NCBI GenBank assembly: GCA_009914755.4
Contig: CP068257.2
Span: 29,920,001 to 29,984,000 of the forward strand
DNA: 64,000 bases
Direction of reading: 5' to 3'
Source: the human T2T-CHM13v2.0 reference genome, Homo sapiens
Both the position numbers and the translations under genes were made by a program. Of this stretch, positions 13,971 through 33,001 are shown in pieces; the first letter of the stretch is position 1; every line of letters begins with the position of its first letter. The notes beneath the pieces are model-generated. The model had not been told where the DNA came from. It saw only the letters and a program-made list of their open reading frames with translations, and made no database searches.

Positions 13971-15119
13971 TAATCAAGGCTTTCTTACCTGAGGACAGAT
14001 TTTTGGGAGTCGGGTGAAAGGACCTAGAAAAGAAATCAAGAAGTCAGGATATTTTCCCAGCAATGATAGGTCTTCAATTATAAAGAAGAGAGCAAGGAAG
14101 CCTCAATATGCAAACTAGCATATCCAACTAATACAGATAAACTCAAGGTCAGAGAGGCAGGACTGGGCAAATCAGGCCACACTACATTCACAGAGCTAAG
14201 CAGTGCCCCCTCTTTGTAATTTGCTTTATTGCATTTTATTTTCTGTGTTTTCACTGAAATGGCAGTTTATGGAGAAACTCTCCCACTTGGCTGTGAACAG
14301 GCTCTAAGCAACAGCAACACTTCTGCAGAATTGGCAGGGACAGTGCTATGGAATATTTCACAAACTTCAAGGCAAAGGGACAAACAAACAACCAAAAAAA
14401 AAAAAAAAAACACCCTCAAAATGTATTTTCAGAGGAAAGAACTTTCACTGGGAAGGGACCCATGGATCTCCAAAAGAAAACCAATTTGGTTTCATTTTTT
14501 TCTGCTTCTGCACTCCAGCCTGATGATTAATTCATCAGCATGGGACAGAACAAAAGCTCCTCTTAAACTGTAACTACTACATGGGGTGGGTTTCTATGAT
14601 GATGTTGCAGATCTTGGCCTAATGGGCTTTCTCTTCACTGACACACAAGGTTCAATATTCCTGCCCCACCCACCATGAGGTGAGAGTTGAAGCTGCCCCC
14701 TTTCCCACCTCCTCCAGCGCCCGGACAAGGCACGATGCAGGGACACGCAGGGCACGTGCCTGCAACTCCACCTGCCTCAAACCATGTGTTTACTCTCTAT
14801 CCTGTAGAAGTGTCATCGCTCCCCCAGCCTAACAGAATGACATGGAAAAGGCTGGAATGTAGCCACACTGCCTCAGCAAAACAATCCCTAGGCTTAGAGA
14901 CGCTGCTGTCCACAGGCAAGCAAACTGGGACAGTGGAGCCACAGAAATGTGCCTCTCTTCTTGGGGGTAGGGTGACAGCTTCAGTTTCTATCTATATGGA
15001 GTTATTGCCCTTTCTCTGTCTCTCTCTCTCTCTCCCCCACCTCTCTCCTTCTCTCCCTCTCCCTAAAGAGGCAGTAGTTAAAGGCAAAGAGCCTGGTGAT
15101 TAAAAAGCAGACTCTGCCC

Positions 15120-15640
<521 letters not shown>

Positions 15641-15678
15641 CTACAAAAAGCCAGACTCACTATCCAAAGGCATAGTAA

Positions 15679-16150
<472 letters not shown>

Positions 16151-16304
16151 CAGGCTGGAAGAATGGGAGGCAGCTTTGACTTAACCTCCCCCTTTACCTT
16201 TCATCTGATAAATGCTGAAGCAGTTTCTGGATCTCTCTTCAGAATGACTCTGGACCCCATTTCTCCACAGGCCTCTGCTGCTCCCTGAGCCTCCTTTATT
16301 TTAG

Positions 16305-16603
<299 letters not shown>

Positions 16604-16874
16604 CTTTAGAAGGTACAGAATGTGCACTGATTAGAGATGTGTGGTGATTTAACAAACATTTAAAACTGCCTGTTTTGTGCAATGTAACAGACCGGGGCTG
16701 AAGGAAAGGAGAAATACAGAGACACACTACAGACACACATAGTGATAGAGGAGGGTCAGCAGGGAAAGCAAGAACCAACATACTGCCAGGCCAGGCAGCT
16801 CAGCGCTGTGCAGGGGCTGATGTGGTGAGCACTTGCTTCAGTTTCCCACATCAGCAATGTCCTCCCGATGATGG

Positions 16875-17055
16875 TGCCCAACAGCAGGGTCCTTAGATAG
16901 TAAGGCTAAGAACTGCCTGCCTGGGAAACCAAAGAAGAGATCAGTGGGATTTGTTTGTTCTCGTTTGGGGAATGGGGTGGGGTGGATATGAGATGACGGA
17001 CAGGTTGATTTCAGGAGATTTTTGGGGGGCTCTAGGAAGAGAATCCTAGTATGCC
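16875..17055 (-). repeat. Right arm of inverted repeat (partner 15975-16150)
   Basis: 'ccttagatagtaaggctaagaactgcctgcctggg...gggaatggggtggggtggatatgagatgacggacaggttgatttcaggagatttttggggggctctag' = reverse complement of left arm. Confidence 0.8.
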
Positions 17056-17436
17056 TTTTAATTTTATTTTTTTTTTAGACTGAATCTCACTCTGTTGAGG
17101 TTTGAGTTTACTAATTAAGTACTACATTACTTGCTGCAGGCCACCATAACAGAATACCTTAGACCGCGTGGCTTAAACAGCAGACATTCACTGTCTCCCA
17201 GTTCTGGAGACTAGAAGTTCAAGATCAAGGTGCCAGCAGATTTGGTTTCTCCCAAGGCCTCTCTTCTTGCCAGCCAAGAAGAGAGGCCTTCTTGCCTTCT
17301 CGCTGTGTCCTCACGTGGCCAGGTGTCTCTCTATGTCCAAACTTCCTCTTCTTATAAGGACACCAGTCAGATTGGATTAGGGCCCACCATCATGGCCTCA
17401 TTTTCACTGAATCACCTCTTTAAAAGGCTTATCTCT

Positions 17437-17762
<326 letters not shown>

Positions 17763-17841
17763 TTAGGGCTTCAACGGATGAATTTTGAAGGGGCACAATT
17801 CAAGCCATAACAAGTACCCAACACCCCACCCGTGTCTTCTA

Positions 17842-18626
<785 letters not shown>

Positions 18627-19298
18627 TCATGGAAAAAGTGTCCTCTCTTCTCAGAGGCGTTTCTTTAAAAAAAAAAAAAAAAAGAATGGGAAAATACATT
18701 ATTGAGATTTCCAAGGGTTTCATTTAAAAGCCTGTGAGTAAAGGAGAACAATGGTTATGAAGATTCGTATCAAAAAAGAGAAGGGCCCAAGGCAGGGTGC
18801 AGGAGCGCAGTGCCTGGAGCCTCAGGGCAGAGACCTCCTCTGCTTGGGAAAGGAGCCCTTTCTGACTGCCCTCCACATATCCCGCATTAATCCATGGCTG
18901 TGACTCCACTACCGTCTATAGGTGCCCTTCAATAGCTACATTATTCATTCCTTTCAGCATGTAAGTTAATTTTTCCCCGTCTAAAACAAGTGCTGCTTTT
19001 ATCCTCTCAAAACTCATGGTATGTAAGAAGCAACATTCCAGGCCCTGTTATTGCAAATGATCAGTCAAGCCTCAGTATTCTAACGTATAAGCTGGTAGCT
19101 GAAAAGTGTAGCAAACCACAGCTAGCCAGACATTTTCCCCTGTATTTACTTCTCATTCCTGTGTCATTTCTCTGGCCAGCTGATGGAAATCTAAAAGATG
19201 AGTGACTTTTCCTTCCCCTCATTCATTACTCCAAGATAATTCCTGACTGAAAATGCAGAACTTGGACATTATTGTAATTCATTTTTAATAGCCAGCTA

Positions 19299-19606
19299 GA
19301 CCGGGTGTGGTGGTTCACGTCTGCAATCCCTGCAGCTGGAGAGGCTGGGGTGGGAGGATCACTTGAGCTCAAGAATTCGACACCAGCCTGGGCAACAGAG
19401 CGAAACCCCATCTCTGCAAAAAAATACAAAAATGAACTCAGCATGGTGGTGCATGCCTGTAGTCCTAGCTAATCAGGAGGCTGAGGCAGGAGGATCAGAT
19501 GAGCCCAGGATTCAAGGCTGCAGTGATCTAGGATTGTACCACTGCATTCCAGCCTGGGTGACAGAATAAGACCCTATCTTTCAAAAAAAAAAAAAAAAAA
19601 AAAAAA
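19299..19606 (+). mobile_element. Alu SINE (diverged)
   Basis: Alu consensus with long poly-A (19583-19606); TSD 'agccagcta' before and after. Confidence 0.9.
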
Positions 19607-19648
19607 GGAGCCAGCTAATACAGGACAAAATAATTATCTCTCTCTCTC

Positions 19649-19956
19649 TTTTTTTTTTTTTTTTTTTTTTTGAGAAGGACTCTGTCTGTGTCACCCAGGC
19701 TGGAGTGCAGTAGTGTGATTTCGGCTCAGTGCAACCTGCAACCTCTGCCTCCCGGGTTCAAGCGATTCTCCCACCTCAGCCTCTCGAGTATTGGGATTAC
19801 AGGCACCTGTCACCACATCCAGCTAATTTTTGTATTTTTAGTAGAGACTGGGTTTCATCATGTTGGTTGGTCAGGCTGGTCTTGAACCCCTGACCTCAGG
19901 TGATCCGCCTGCCTCAGCACCCCCAAAGTGCTAGGATTACAGGAATGAGCCACTGC
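19649..19956 (-). mobile_element. Alu SINE antisense
   Basis: 22-nt poly-T then reverse-complement Alu to 'gagccactgcgccctgccc'; TSD 'aaaataat'. Confidence 0.9.
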
Positions 19957-20408
19957 GCCCTGCCCAAAATAATCCTTTCTGTCGAAAAAAAAAAGTGTTT
20001 CATGTAATAAACACTGGTTCTAATCCTAAGAGAAAATATATAGAAAACAGAACTCACAGGTGTTTCTTGAAAGTAGGTCACATGGCACCAAGTGGCTGAG
20101 CACAGAACACTACACTTATCTTGATTGTCTGATAAATAGTATTTTGAATTTTGTTTCTACTTGACCGATCTACTGTCTTTGCTTCCTATTGCTGCTGTAA
20201 CTAGTGACTACAGTAGTGGCTGAAAACAACACAAATACACCACCTTAAAGTTCTGGAAGCCACAAGTCCAAAATGAGTGTTCCACGCTAAAATCAGGGAG
20301 TCAGCCAGGATGCGTTCTTCTGGAGTTACCTAGCCCCTGTGTTCATCTTCTGGGCAACCAAAAGATTTTGACTAATATTCAATTATTTGAGCATGGCTAC
20401 TAAGTTAA

Positions 20409-20819
<411 letters not shown>

Positions 20820-21871
20820 TAGTGAATATGAATTTGAAAATGAGGAGAAATCCAATGCAATATACCCCATCCAGCACAGCCACTGTGTAACTGGCGCTGG
20901 TAAACATTTGTAAAGAAACCAACTTCAGTGACATTTGTGACATTTTAAAGAGTAATTGGATGTTTGTTATGAATCTGAGTCTTTAATATGAACCAACCAT
21001 AAGAAATGTCAGTTTAAAATCATTACTCTTTTTGCTAGAGAGCACTATATCTGCAAACCCAAGCCATTCAAGTTTCACAAATAGGTGTTTTGATGCATCC
21101 CCTGGTGATTTATGTTGAAATATGATTTACTCCAAAGCTTAACAGTGTCAGTTTGATTCAGGCACATGAACCAATCAATGCAATGTGCAAATCCTTCAGT
21201 GTTGTTTGTCTCCACTGTGAGGAGGCTCACTGTTCAAGTGGTGTCCCTAACATAGATCAGTGGCTGTGAAAGACATTCTTGGTGGCTTCACTCTTTTTTC
21301 CATGCTAATGGAATGTGGATTTTGCTCAGGTGGTAATGTGCCCAATGCAGGCATATCCCCAAGGGATGAATCATGATTGGGCTAAGTCTGTCATGGATAT
21401 CACATTCCAACTTGATAGATAGTCACATTCCTGGCTTCCCTTGCAGCTACATTGACTGTTAACTAATAATGAACTAGTATCGTTACTAAGACAGGGGACA
21501 TCTACTGGAATGCTTCTGAAAAATATTATTTTCCCCTACTAAAAAGGAACAAGAAGAGAGTTTGCTGGCATCTCTCTCCTCTTTTCCGTAAGAGTTGTGG
21601 CAGCCATCATGAAGTTCTGAAGTGAAAATCCAACTAACCAGGAATAAAGTGAAAAAGAGAGTATGGATATGGGATAACATGGTCGATTACCAGACTATCT
21701 CTGGAAATGTTTACTTCCACCCTTTTTACTGAGAGAGAGGAATATATGTACACTATTCTCTAAGCTGGTTTTAATTATATTTCCTGTCATGAACAACTGA
21801 GAACATTCCTAATTGATAAAGAGTTTGGGGGAGCAAAATCCATTTAAAATAACAAAAAATAAGAGAATTCA

Positions 21872-22186
<315 letters not shown>

Positions 22187-22232
22187 CTACAATTTAGAAA
22201 AAGCTTTTCCTGTGTTAATAATAATATCTTCA

Positions 22233-22515
22233 GGCCAGGCTCAGTGGTTCACACCTGTAATCCCAACATTTCAGGAGGCCGAGGCGGGTAGATGCCTTAA
22301 GCTCAAGAGTTCAAGACCAGCCTGGGCAAGATGGCAAAACTCCATCTCTACAAAAAATTAGCCGCAGGTGGTGGTGTGTGCCTGTAGTCTGAGCTACTCG
22401 GGAGGCTGAGGTGGTAGGATCACCTAAACCCAGGAGGAGGTCAAGGCTGCAATGAGCCATGACCATATCACTGCACTCCATCCTGGGTGACAAAGTGAGA
22501 CACCGTCTTAAGAGA
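22233..22515 (+). mobile_element. Alu SINE (diverged, no A-tail)
   Basis: 'ggccaggctcagtggttcacacctgtaatcccaacatttcaggaggccgagg...ctgcactccatcctgggtgacaaagtgagacaccgtct'. Confidence 0.85.
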
Positions 22516-22543
22516 CAATAACAATAACCTCTTTCTTTAATAG

Positions 22544-22894
<351 letters not shown>

Positions 22895-23051
22895 TAAATG
22901 CACCCTTTCAACCCAAATCATATTTAATACATACTTCCTAGATTTTCTGAAGTATAGCAGAGTCTGAAGACTTAATGTTTATTTAGGTGGCAAATTGCGG
23001 ACTTCCTTCCATTCATTTTTAACCCAATGACTGGACAGTGCACTTTCAGAA

Positions 23052-23113
23052 TTTATTTATTTATTTGAGACGGAGTCTCGCTCTGTCACCCAGGCTGGAG
23101 TGTGGCGTGATCG
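23052..23113 (-). mobile_element. Alu fragment antisense (about 60 bp of right monomer)
   Basis: 'gagacggagtctcgctctgtcacccaggctggagtgtggcgtgatcgg' then breaks off. Confidence 0.7.
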
Positions 23114-23650
23114 GACGTGATAAGAGTTAGACCAAGGCAGATGTAACCCTAGCGAAGCGGCTACGTTTTCTGGGGTATATACCCTGGGGTTTGTTGTTGC
23201 GCGCCAGGAAAATTTAGGACACAGACACACACAAGGAGTTTAGGAGCGGAGGTTTAATAGGTAGAAGAGAAGAAAAAGAGAAACAGCTCCCTCCATAGAG
23301 GAAAGGGCCTCTGAGCAGAAAGGACTGAGCAGAAAAGGAGCAGCAGTGGTGAATGCCCCGAATTTTATAGTCCGGTTTGAGCAGGTGGTGTCTGATTTAC
23401 ATAGGGCTCATAGGCTGGTTCAATCAGGTACGACATTTACATAGTGAGTTGGGGAACGCTGGTCCCCCTACCCTAATCTTACGCAAATGGGCTTTCCAGT
23501 TGATGGCACCATCTTGTCTGCTCCTTACAATACGCATGACTGACAGAGAAGAGAAGATGGAGCCGCCATTTTGAAAAAGTCTAGTCCTTAGTTCCTCCCC
23601 ACATTCCCCCAGGCAAGCTCCCAGCTTGCTTGTCTATGTCTGCAGCTTGA
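23114..23650. other. Unclassified non-Alu sequence adjoining a truncated Alu; possibly LTR/ERV-derived repeat
   Basis: Unique-looking block 'tgataagagttagaccaaggcagatg...tggcaccatcttgtctgctccttacaatacgcatgactgacagagaagagaagatggagccgccattttg'; I cannot assign a family by eye. Confidence 0.2.
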
Positions 23651-23655
23651 CTTTA

Positions 23656-24014
<359 letters not shown>

Positions 24015-24067
24015 GAAAAGCTTTATGGAGGACTCCCGTGCCCTTACTAGCTGCCTAAGTAATTTCT

Positions 24068-24380
<313 letters not shown>

Positions 24381-25840
24381 TAACTCCTGTATCACTAGTT
24401 TGGGAGGAGGGGAGGAGGCAAGGAACAAGACAGAGAAGGTACAGTCGCCTACAGTTGTCATTGTTTTGTCCGCTTGGCACATATCTCCTCCCTTTCTTTT
24501 AGTATTAGGAACTCTCTTTCTCACGGAGAACCCATTAACCCATTCCCGTGTGATTTAGCTGGAGTTCTTCCAGCAGCATCATACAAGTGGGCACATGGCC
24601 AACCCTCCCAGGCCAATCAGAGTGCATGCCATTTTCCGGGTTACTGTGATGGGTTGAGAGGTGGGCTCAAAAGCTGTGAGTCAGAACCTGGCTGGGCCAG
24701 TCGGAATTGCTCCTCCAGTTTTCCTATGGAACTCTTGGGAGAATGACATGTTCTCTAGAGCAGAAGCCATGAAGAAAGCTAAGCTGAGAGCTGTCAGAGA
24801 TGATCTTGGCTTCCATGTGGAGCTATCTGGCCAGAGAATATGGCCCAAAGGAAAGCAGAAATGACAGAGAAGCAGGGGTACAGGAAAGGGGTCTAAATGG
24901 CATAATTTGGCTTCCTGAATCCAACTCTACCTGAAGCCATTCCCATTCCTTACTTATGCTGCCCAGATATGGGGAACTAATACATCTCTTTTTTTCCTTA
25001 CAGTGGTTTGAATTGCATTTATATCACAGGCAAAAACAAAAAACAAACAAACAAAAAAAACACCTTGACAAAGATGGAAAGTAAAGGAGAAAGATGGAGA
25101 CTGGGTTGGACAGGATGGGTGGTCTCTGAGGGCTCTAAATGCCAGGCAGAGAAGCTTGCCTTATTATGATACATAAATCCTTTCTGGAAAGAGGTGAGAA
25201 ATGCTGTTATCCACCTTTAGCTCTGACTCTTCCCTTCATGTGCTGAGGGGCACTAAGAAGACTCTTTCTTTTAACTGTAAGAAGAGGGTAACAGCCACAT
25301 TTCACTCCAAACCATTAATTTAATAAGTTTAGACAGAAGAGATTATTAGCCTCAGAAGGTGTTGCTTTCATTATCATTGAAATGTGCTTTTTCTGCTTTC
25401 TACTATGTTCTATTCTTCCCTCCCTGAATGCCCACATGCAAATTAGGGAATGTTGCAATGCCCAGAGCAGAGTTATAACATCCAGCTGTACTACAACAGC
25501 AGTTTTACATAAATGGCCATCCTCTAAACTGTGGACATTTGATAAAGTATGTGGGCTCTTCTCATAATTAAAAGCCCAAAAGGGAACCAAGGAAACACAG
25601 AGAACATTATTCTAGTGACTTATAAAACTGGGCTGGAGAAAATCTCCTATGTCTAGAGGTGGAAGAGAAAGGATAAAAAAGGAGAAGGAGTAGAACAGAA
25701 AATGCAAATGAGAAAAAGAGATGGCGGTGGAAAGAAGGGCTGCAGTAGAAGACAGGAGAGAATAGAGCAAGCAGAGGCAGGAAGCCAAGTACGAAAAGGA
25801 GGAGAGGAGTGGGGAGTGTTTAGATCAAGACTCTTCTCTT

Positions 25841-26137
25841 GGCTGGGCGCAGTGGCTCACACCTGTAATCCCAGCACTTTGGGCGGCCGAGGCGGGCGGA
25901 TCACCTGAGGTCAGGAGTTCGAGACTAGCCTGGCCAACATGGTGAAACCCCATCTCTACTAAAAATACAAAGATTAGCTGGGCATGGTGGCACACACCTG
26001 TAGTGCCAGCTATTTGGGGAGGCTGAGGCAGGAGAATCGCTTGAACCTGGGAGGCGGAGGTTGCGGTGAGCCAAGATCGTGCCACTGCAGTCCAGCGTGG
26101 GTAACAGAGGGAGACTCCATCTCAGAAAAAAAAAAAA
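25841..26137 (+). mobile_element. Alu SINE, unit 1 of head-to-tail triple array
   Basis: 'ggctgggcgcagtggctcacacctgtaatcccagc...gagactagcctggcc...aaagattagctgggcatggtggcacacacctgt' to poly-A. Confidence 0.9.
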
Positions 26138-26724
<587 letters not shown>

Positions 26725-27507
26725 TCAAGACCCTTCTCTTCTCTGGACCTCCATTTCCTCCTCTGGGGCATCCATAGGCAGAGCCAACTACATAATTTGC
26801 AGGGCCTGATACAAAATCGAAACGTGGAGCCCTTTGTTCAAAATGTACTCAAAATTTGGAGGCAGCAGCAGCACAGCATTAAACCAACTGTGGGGACCTG
26901 TGCAACCATGGAGGTCACATGCCCATGAAGCTGGCTCTAATAAATTAGATCAGGATTTTCAGAAGGTGTTCTGTAAACTCCAGATATTCCAAAAACAAAA
27001 GATTCCTTATTCTCATCTCTAGGAAGTGGGGCACATTTCCCCATCCCTTCATTGAAGATTCAAAATGCGCGTGAACTGCTCCAGAAAGCCCTGCTTGAAA
27101 GCAAGAAACGTGTGTGCCTTCATTTCAACCAGTTTCTCAAATGTATTTGACCATAGCAACATTTTTTCCCCAATTCTCCATATTAATACCCCATATAACC
27201 CATTTTGCAAAATGCTTGAAGTCGATGGTCTTGAGGTCCCTGGAGCTAGAAAAGGCATTAGCAGTCACCCACAGCAGCCCCTCCTGCCCTGAGATTGGAT
27301 GCTCACAAATCTGCTCTTCTTGGCCTTGATGATGACAGTGGTCTCTTTCTTCCAGATTTGATGAGTGTGGGGCATGGGAGGAGATTACTGGGGTTGCAAA
27401 ACCTGCAGCAGGTTCTCAAAGATGACATATCAACTCCCCTAAATGCCCCTCCACTCAGGCACCATGAAAGCCTTTGTTTTAATACACTCAAAATGTTGCC
27501 TCTTCAC

Positions 27508-27815
27508 GGCCGGGCACAGTGGCTTATGCCTATAATCCCAGCACTTCGGGAGGCTAAGGCGGGTGGATCATGAGGTCAAGAGATCGAGACCATCCTGACC
27601 AACATAGTGAAACCCTGTCTCTACTAAAAATACAAAAAAAAAATCAGCTGGGCGTGGTGGTGCATGCCTGTAGTCCCAGCTACTCAGGAGGCTGAGGCAG
27701 GAGAATCACTTAAACCCGGGAGGCAGAGGTTGCAGTGAGCCGAGATCACGCCACTGCACTCCAGCCTGGGTTACAGAGTTAGACTCCGTCTCAAAAAAAA
27801 AAAAAAAAAAAAAAA
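27508..27815 (+). mobile_element. Alu SINE
   Basis: Alu consensus with 28-nt poly-A; TSD 'gtt(g/a)cctcttcac' (27495-27507 and 27816-27828). Confidence 0.95.
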
Positions 27816-28189
27816 GTTACCTCTTCACTAATTTCTAATCTCCCCAGAAAATTTGTAAGGGGGTTTTGATACCATATGTAGGACAGGAATAAATACAATG
27901 TTTATAGAACTCTTGCATCTCAGATCATTGTATTCAATTCAAAGTGTGTAATTTTATTTGGGGAGGATTTATGCTGAGAACTATCAGTATCCCAGCGCCT
28001 TTGATCAGGAACCCAGGAACTCCTAAAGTGTAGACCATTATCCCCTATAGAGATTAGTTAACTTTCAATCTGGGTAAGAAGAATAAAGTTTTTTTGCAAA
28101 AGAAAGCCCAAATGCCATCTTTTTCCTTCTCCATAAACACTAGGATAAGAAGAGACTTATAAGTAGAAGCTTGAGGTTGAATCTCATCT

Positions 28190-28300
28190 CTATCTTTGTT
28201 GCACTGAACTAATCACTACATCCCCTCTCTGCCTTTGTTTTCTCATCTGTAAAGTGGGAATAATAATAGTAGCAAAGATTCTTCTAGCAATAAGATAAAT
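28190..28300 (+). mobile_element. MIR fragment
   Basis: 'cctctctgcctttgttttctcatctgtaaagtgggaataataatagtagc' ~ MIR core 'cctctctgagcctcagtttcctcatctgtaaaatggggataataatagtacc'. Confidence 0.5.
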
Positions 28301-28459
28301 GCATGAGAAAGCTGTCTAAAAATTGAACTGTAGCAAGCATGGCTAAAGCACTTCTTACCTATTACAAATGTCTAGAGCCAAATTTCCACAGTACGGCATG
28401 GACAGATGATTTTAAAATCAGAAAGAAAAAAACAGTTATAAAAATACTTAGTGAGATTT

Positions 28460-28762
28460 GGCCAGGCATGGTGGCTCACACCTGTAATCCCAGCACTCTG
28501 GGAGGCCAAGGCGGGCAGATCACAACGTCAGGAGATCCAGACCATCCTGGCCAACATGGTGAAACCCCGTCTCTACTAAAAATGCAAAAATTAGCCAGGT
28601 GTGGTGGCAAATGCCTGTAATCCCAGCTACTTGGGAGGCTGAGGCAGGAGAATCGCTTGAACCCAGAGGCGGAGGTTGCAGTGAGCTGAGATCGTGCCAC
28701 TGCACTCCAGCCTGGGTGACAGAGCGAGACTCCGTCTCAAAAAATAAATAAATAAATAAAAA
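28460..28762 (+). mobile_element. Alu SINE
   Basis: Alu consensus, (AAAT)n tail; TSD 'aaatacttagtgaga' (28442-28456 and 28763-28777). Confidence 0.95.
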
Positions 28763-29145
28763 TAAATACTTAGTGAGAGTCTCCCTCACTGGTCACTTTG
28801 CTTGGGGGTTCAAATTATAACCCAAAGCTATGGAATATGCTTACTTGGGAGATTCTTACAGCTCCTATACATCAATCTTTTTGAAACATATCAAGGGTCC
28901 TTAGAAATCTGATCTGGTGTGACTCTCAGAGCACTCTGATGACACCTGCTGGCTAGGCATGGTGTGACAAGTGTGTTCTAGTCTGGACAGACGGAGATGG
29001 TCTGGAACCCCTGAGTGGAGTACCTGGGAAGCTGAGGCTGGAGAGAAATCCTGACCTTCAATCTTGCTGTGCAAAGTGTGGTCCTAGGGCCTGCAGTATC
29101 GGGATCACTAGGAGCTTGTAAATGTGGGATCAGACTCTACATTTT

Positions 29146-29257
29146 TTTTTTTAGAGACCGGGTCTTGCTGTGTTACCCAGGCTGGTCTCAAACTCCTAAG
29201 CTCAAGCAATCCTCCTGCCTCAGCCTCCTGAGTTGCTGGGAATACAGGCACTGGCTC
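29146..29257 (-). mobile_element. Free left Alu monomer (FLAM-like), antisense
   Basis: poly-T then 'agagaccgggtcttgctgtgttacccaggctggtctcaaactcctaagctcaagcaatcctcctgcctcagcctcctgagttgctgggaatacaggcac'; TSD 'cagactctacatttt' both sides. Confidence 0.8.
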
Positions 29258-29378
29258 AGACTCTACATTTTCATGAGATCCTCCAAGTGATTCGTGTGTG
29301 CTTTAGCGTGAAAGAAACATGTTCTAGTGTTCTAGAGGACTTAATCTAGTGACTAAGCGTCTATGTCAAAGAAAAAAA

Positions 29379-29675
29379 TTTTTTCTTTTTTTGAGACAAG
29401 AATCTCACTCTGTCACCCAGACGGTAGTGTTATTGTGTCATCCCAGTTCACTACAACCTCCACCTCCCAGGCTCAAGCGATCTGCCCACCTCAGCCTACC
29501 AAGTAGCTGGGACCACAGGCACGAGCCACCACGCCTGGCTAATTTTTGTATTTTTTGTAGAGACAAGGTTTCACCATGTTACCCAGACTGGTCTTGAACT
29601 CCTGAGCTCAAGCAATCCACCCACATCAGCCTCCTGAAGTGCTGGGATTACAGGCATGAGCCATTGTGCCTGGCT
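29379..29675 (-). mobile_element. Alu SINE antisense
   Basis: Reverse-complement Alu to 'gagccattgtgcctggc'; TSD 'gaaaaaaa(a)tttt'. Confidence 0.9.
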
Positions 29676-30038
29676 GAAAAAAAAATTTTAGCTCCACATA
29701 GGGCTAGCAACTCACAGAAAGCTTGGCACTTCTGCTGTTTCTGGTCCAAGCCTTTCGTTACACCAGTGCATAAACAGGCCCATTGCCCCACAACAGTTTT
29801 TCTTATTTTCATTTTTATCCTGTTTTCTACTTATTCTATTGAAGACATTTTTCCTCCCAGAGGAATATTCCTACAATTCTGTAACAAAATGATAGGAAAA
29901 CAGGATTCCCATTACAGAAAATTTGCTTTAAGATCGTATTTTTCAAAATACAAAGGTTTCTTAGAAGTGTTTTTGTGCTTTTTTTAAATGTTCTGTGTAC
30001 TGGTCATACCTACAAATAACAAATAATAATAATAGCAC

Positions 30039-30352
30039 GGCCAGGCGCAGTGGCTCACTCCTGTAATCCTAACACTTTGGGAGGCCGAGGCAGGTGGATC
30101 ACGAAGTCAGGAGTTTGAGACCAGCCTGGCCAACAGTGAAACCCCATCTCTACTAAAAATACAAAAATTAGTTGGGCATGGTGGCACGCACCTGTAGTCC
30201 CAGCTACTCAGGAGGCTGAGGCAAGAGAATCACTTGAACCCGGGAGGCGGAGGTTGCAGTGAGCTGAATTTGCACCACTGTACTCCTGTCTGGGCCACAG
30301 AGCGAGAATCCATCTCAATAATAATAATAACAATAACAATAATAATAATAAC
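30039..30352 (+). mobile_element. Alu SINE with (AAT)n tail
   Basis: Alu consensus, then 'ataataataataacaataacaataataataata'; TSD 'aataataa(t/c)agcac'. Confidence 0.9.
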
Positions 30353-30877
30353 AGCACAAGGGAAGCAGGACTGGTGCTCTCCCCACAAACACCTGATACA
30401 TTCATTTCTGTTGCCTTGTTTGTAATAGAAATAGAGTCTAGGTAATATAAGCAAAAAAGAAATAAACAAAGGAAATGTATTAGATGGATATGGTGGTGGC
30501 TTATAGAAAAACAGTACAAGCTGAACAACGACATCTCACAAAGGACAGGAAACGGTATTAGGTGTCCAGGAAGCTGGTGTTTCCAGGGCAACACCTTTGG
30601 GACAATTGTTTTCAGCCCTGCCTGTGTCACTGATCAGTATACAAATTCTGGGGATAGAGAGTCTGTTAGGCCTCACTTGGTTCATGTCCAGCCTTTGGAT
30701 AAAGAAGGGCAGGACATTCTGATTTCAGGACTCCCCAAAAGTGTATCTGCGGAGGAAGGCAGGGTTGAGCATCCATTCTGGTTGGTTGAATGTGGTCATG
30801 CCCAAGCATTCCAGTTGTTGCAGATTTTGACTATCACCCTGAGAGAGGGGTAAATCCCCAGAGGTGAGGTTTTCAAC

Positions 30878-31272
<395 letters not shown>

Positions 31273-31883
31273 TTATAGCCTATTTACTCTAAAGCCCATG
31301 TATTATTATTATTCCAAACCCATTGATTATTATTATTCCAAAACATATCTATTTTTAACTGTTTAAGCACATTATTGGAACATGCACTGAGAGCTTGATG
31401 GTCTTTGATTCTTCAAGGCAAATCAACTTTCTACCACGTCATCGGAATAAAACAGAAATTAAACAGTTGAAAGGGCCTCTACTCTCCCAAGACCTCTGGT
31501 GTCCACCCCCATCTAATATTCTTATGTATTCATAGGCGATGTTAAATAAATGGCAAGAATCTCCTATTTCTTTTTTACATAAGAAGAAAGACTGCATAGC
31601 TATGAAAAATACACTCTGTCACCAGAGCCACGCAAGAGATCTTTAGAGGAATAAATAGCCGCAGTCTCATAGCAACATTCAGATGAACAATGCTGAGAGC
31701 TGAAAGATGTTCTTCGGTTAGAAATTCATGCCTACAAAAGAATACCATCCACGAAGTTCCTCACTGTTAATTACAGATAGTAAAGCCAGTCCACAGGCAA
31801 TGGAAATGAGGGTCCATCATGCAGCCGGCTTCTTGGGAAGGACTGACCAATATCCTCAGAAAGCTAAAATGAATGAATATGCT

Positions 31884-32711
<828 letters not shown>

Positions 32712-33001
32712 TAACCAGACCCGTAACCTCACAGAGGCTTCTTAAGTGTTTTCTTTTATATTCTGTGCCCTGGTCACACCTACAAATAACAAATAATAAT
32801 GATAACAGCACAAGGGAAACGAGGATGGTTTCCCTCTCCTACTTGCTACAGACCTACCTCCACAAATAGAGCTGATACATTCGTGGAGCCTATTTGAAGG
32901 CTTACTTCTCTGCTTAAAAACTCTTCCATAAAGTAAAATATCGACTTTTGTACTCTCTGGGGGATCTGGCATCCATGGCCCGAGTAGTTAGTAAATGCAC
33001 A

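Noticed and set aside
27040-27500. Possible real exon on minus strand (ORF 27049-27258: ...ILQNGLYGVLIWRIGEKMLLWSNTFEKLVEMK...)
   Set aside because: The peptide is less repeat-like than most, but is short, has no flanking consensus splice sites that I could pair, and I recognise no domain. Most likely chance. Worth a BLASTX if tools are available.
31280-31345. Small direct repeat 'ttattattattccaaa' x2
   Set aside because: Too short and low-complexity to be meaningful, and probably slippage.
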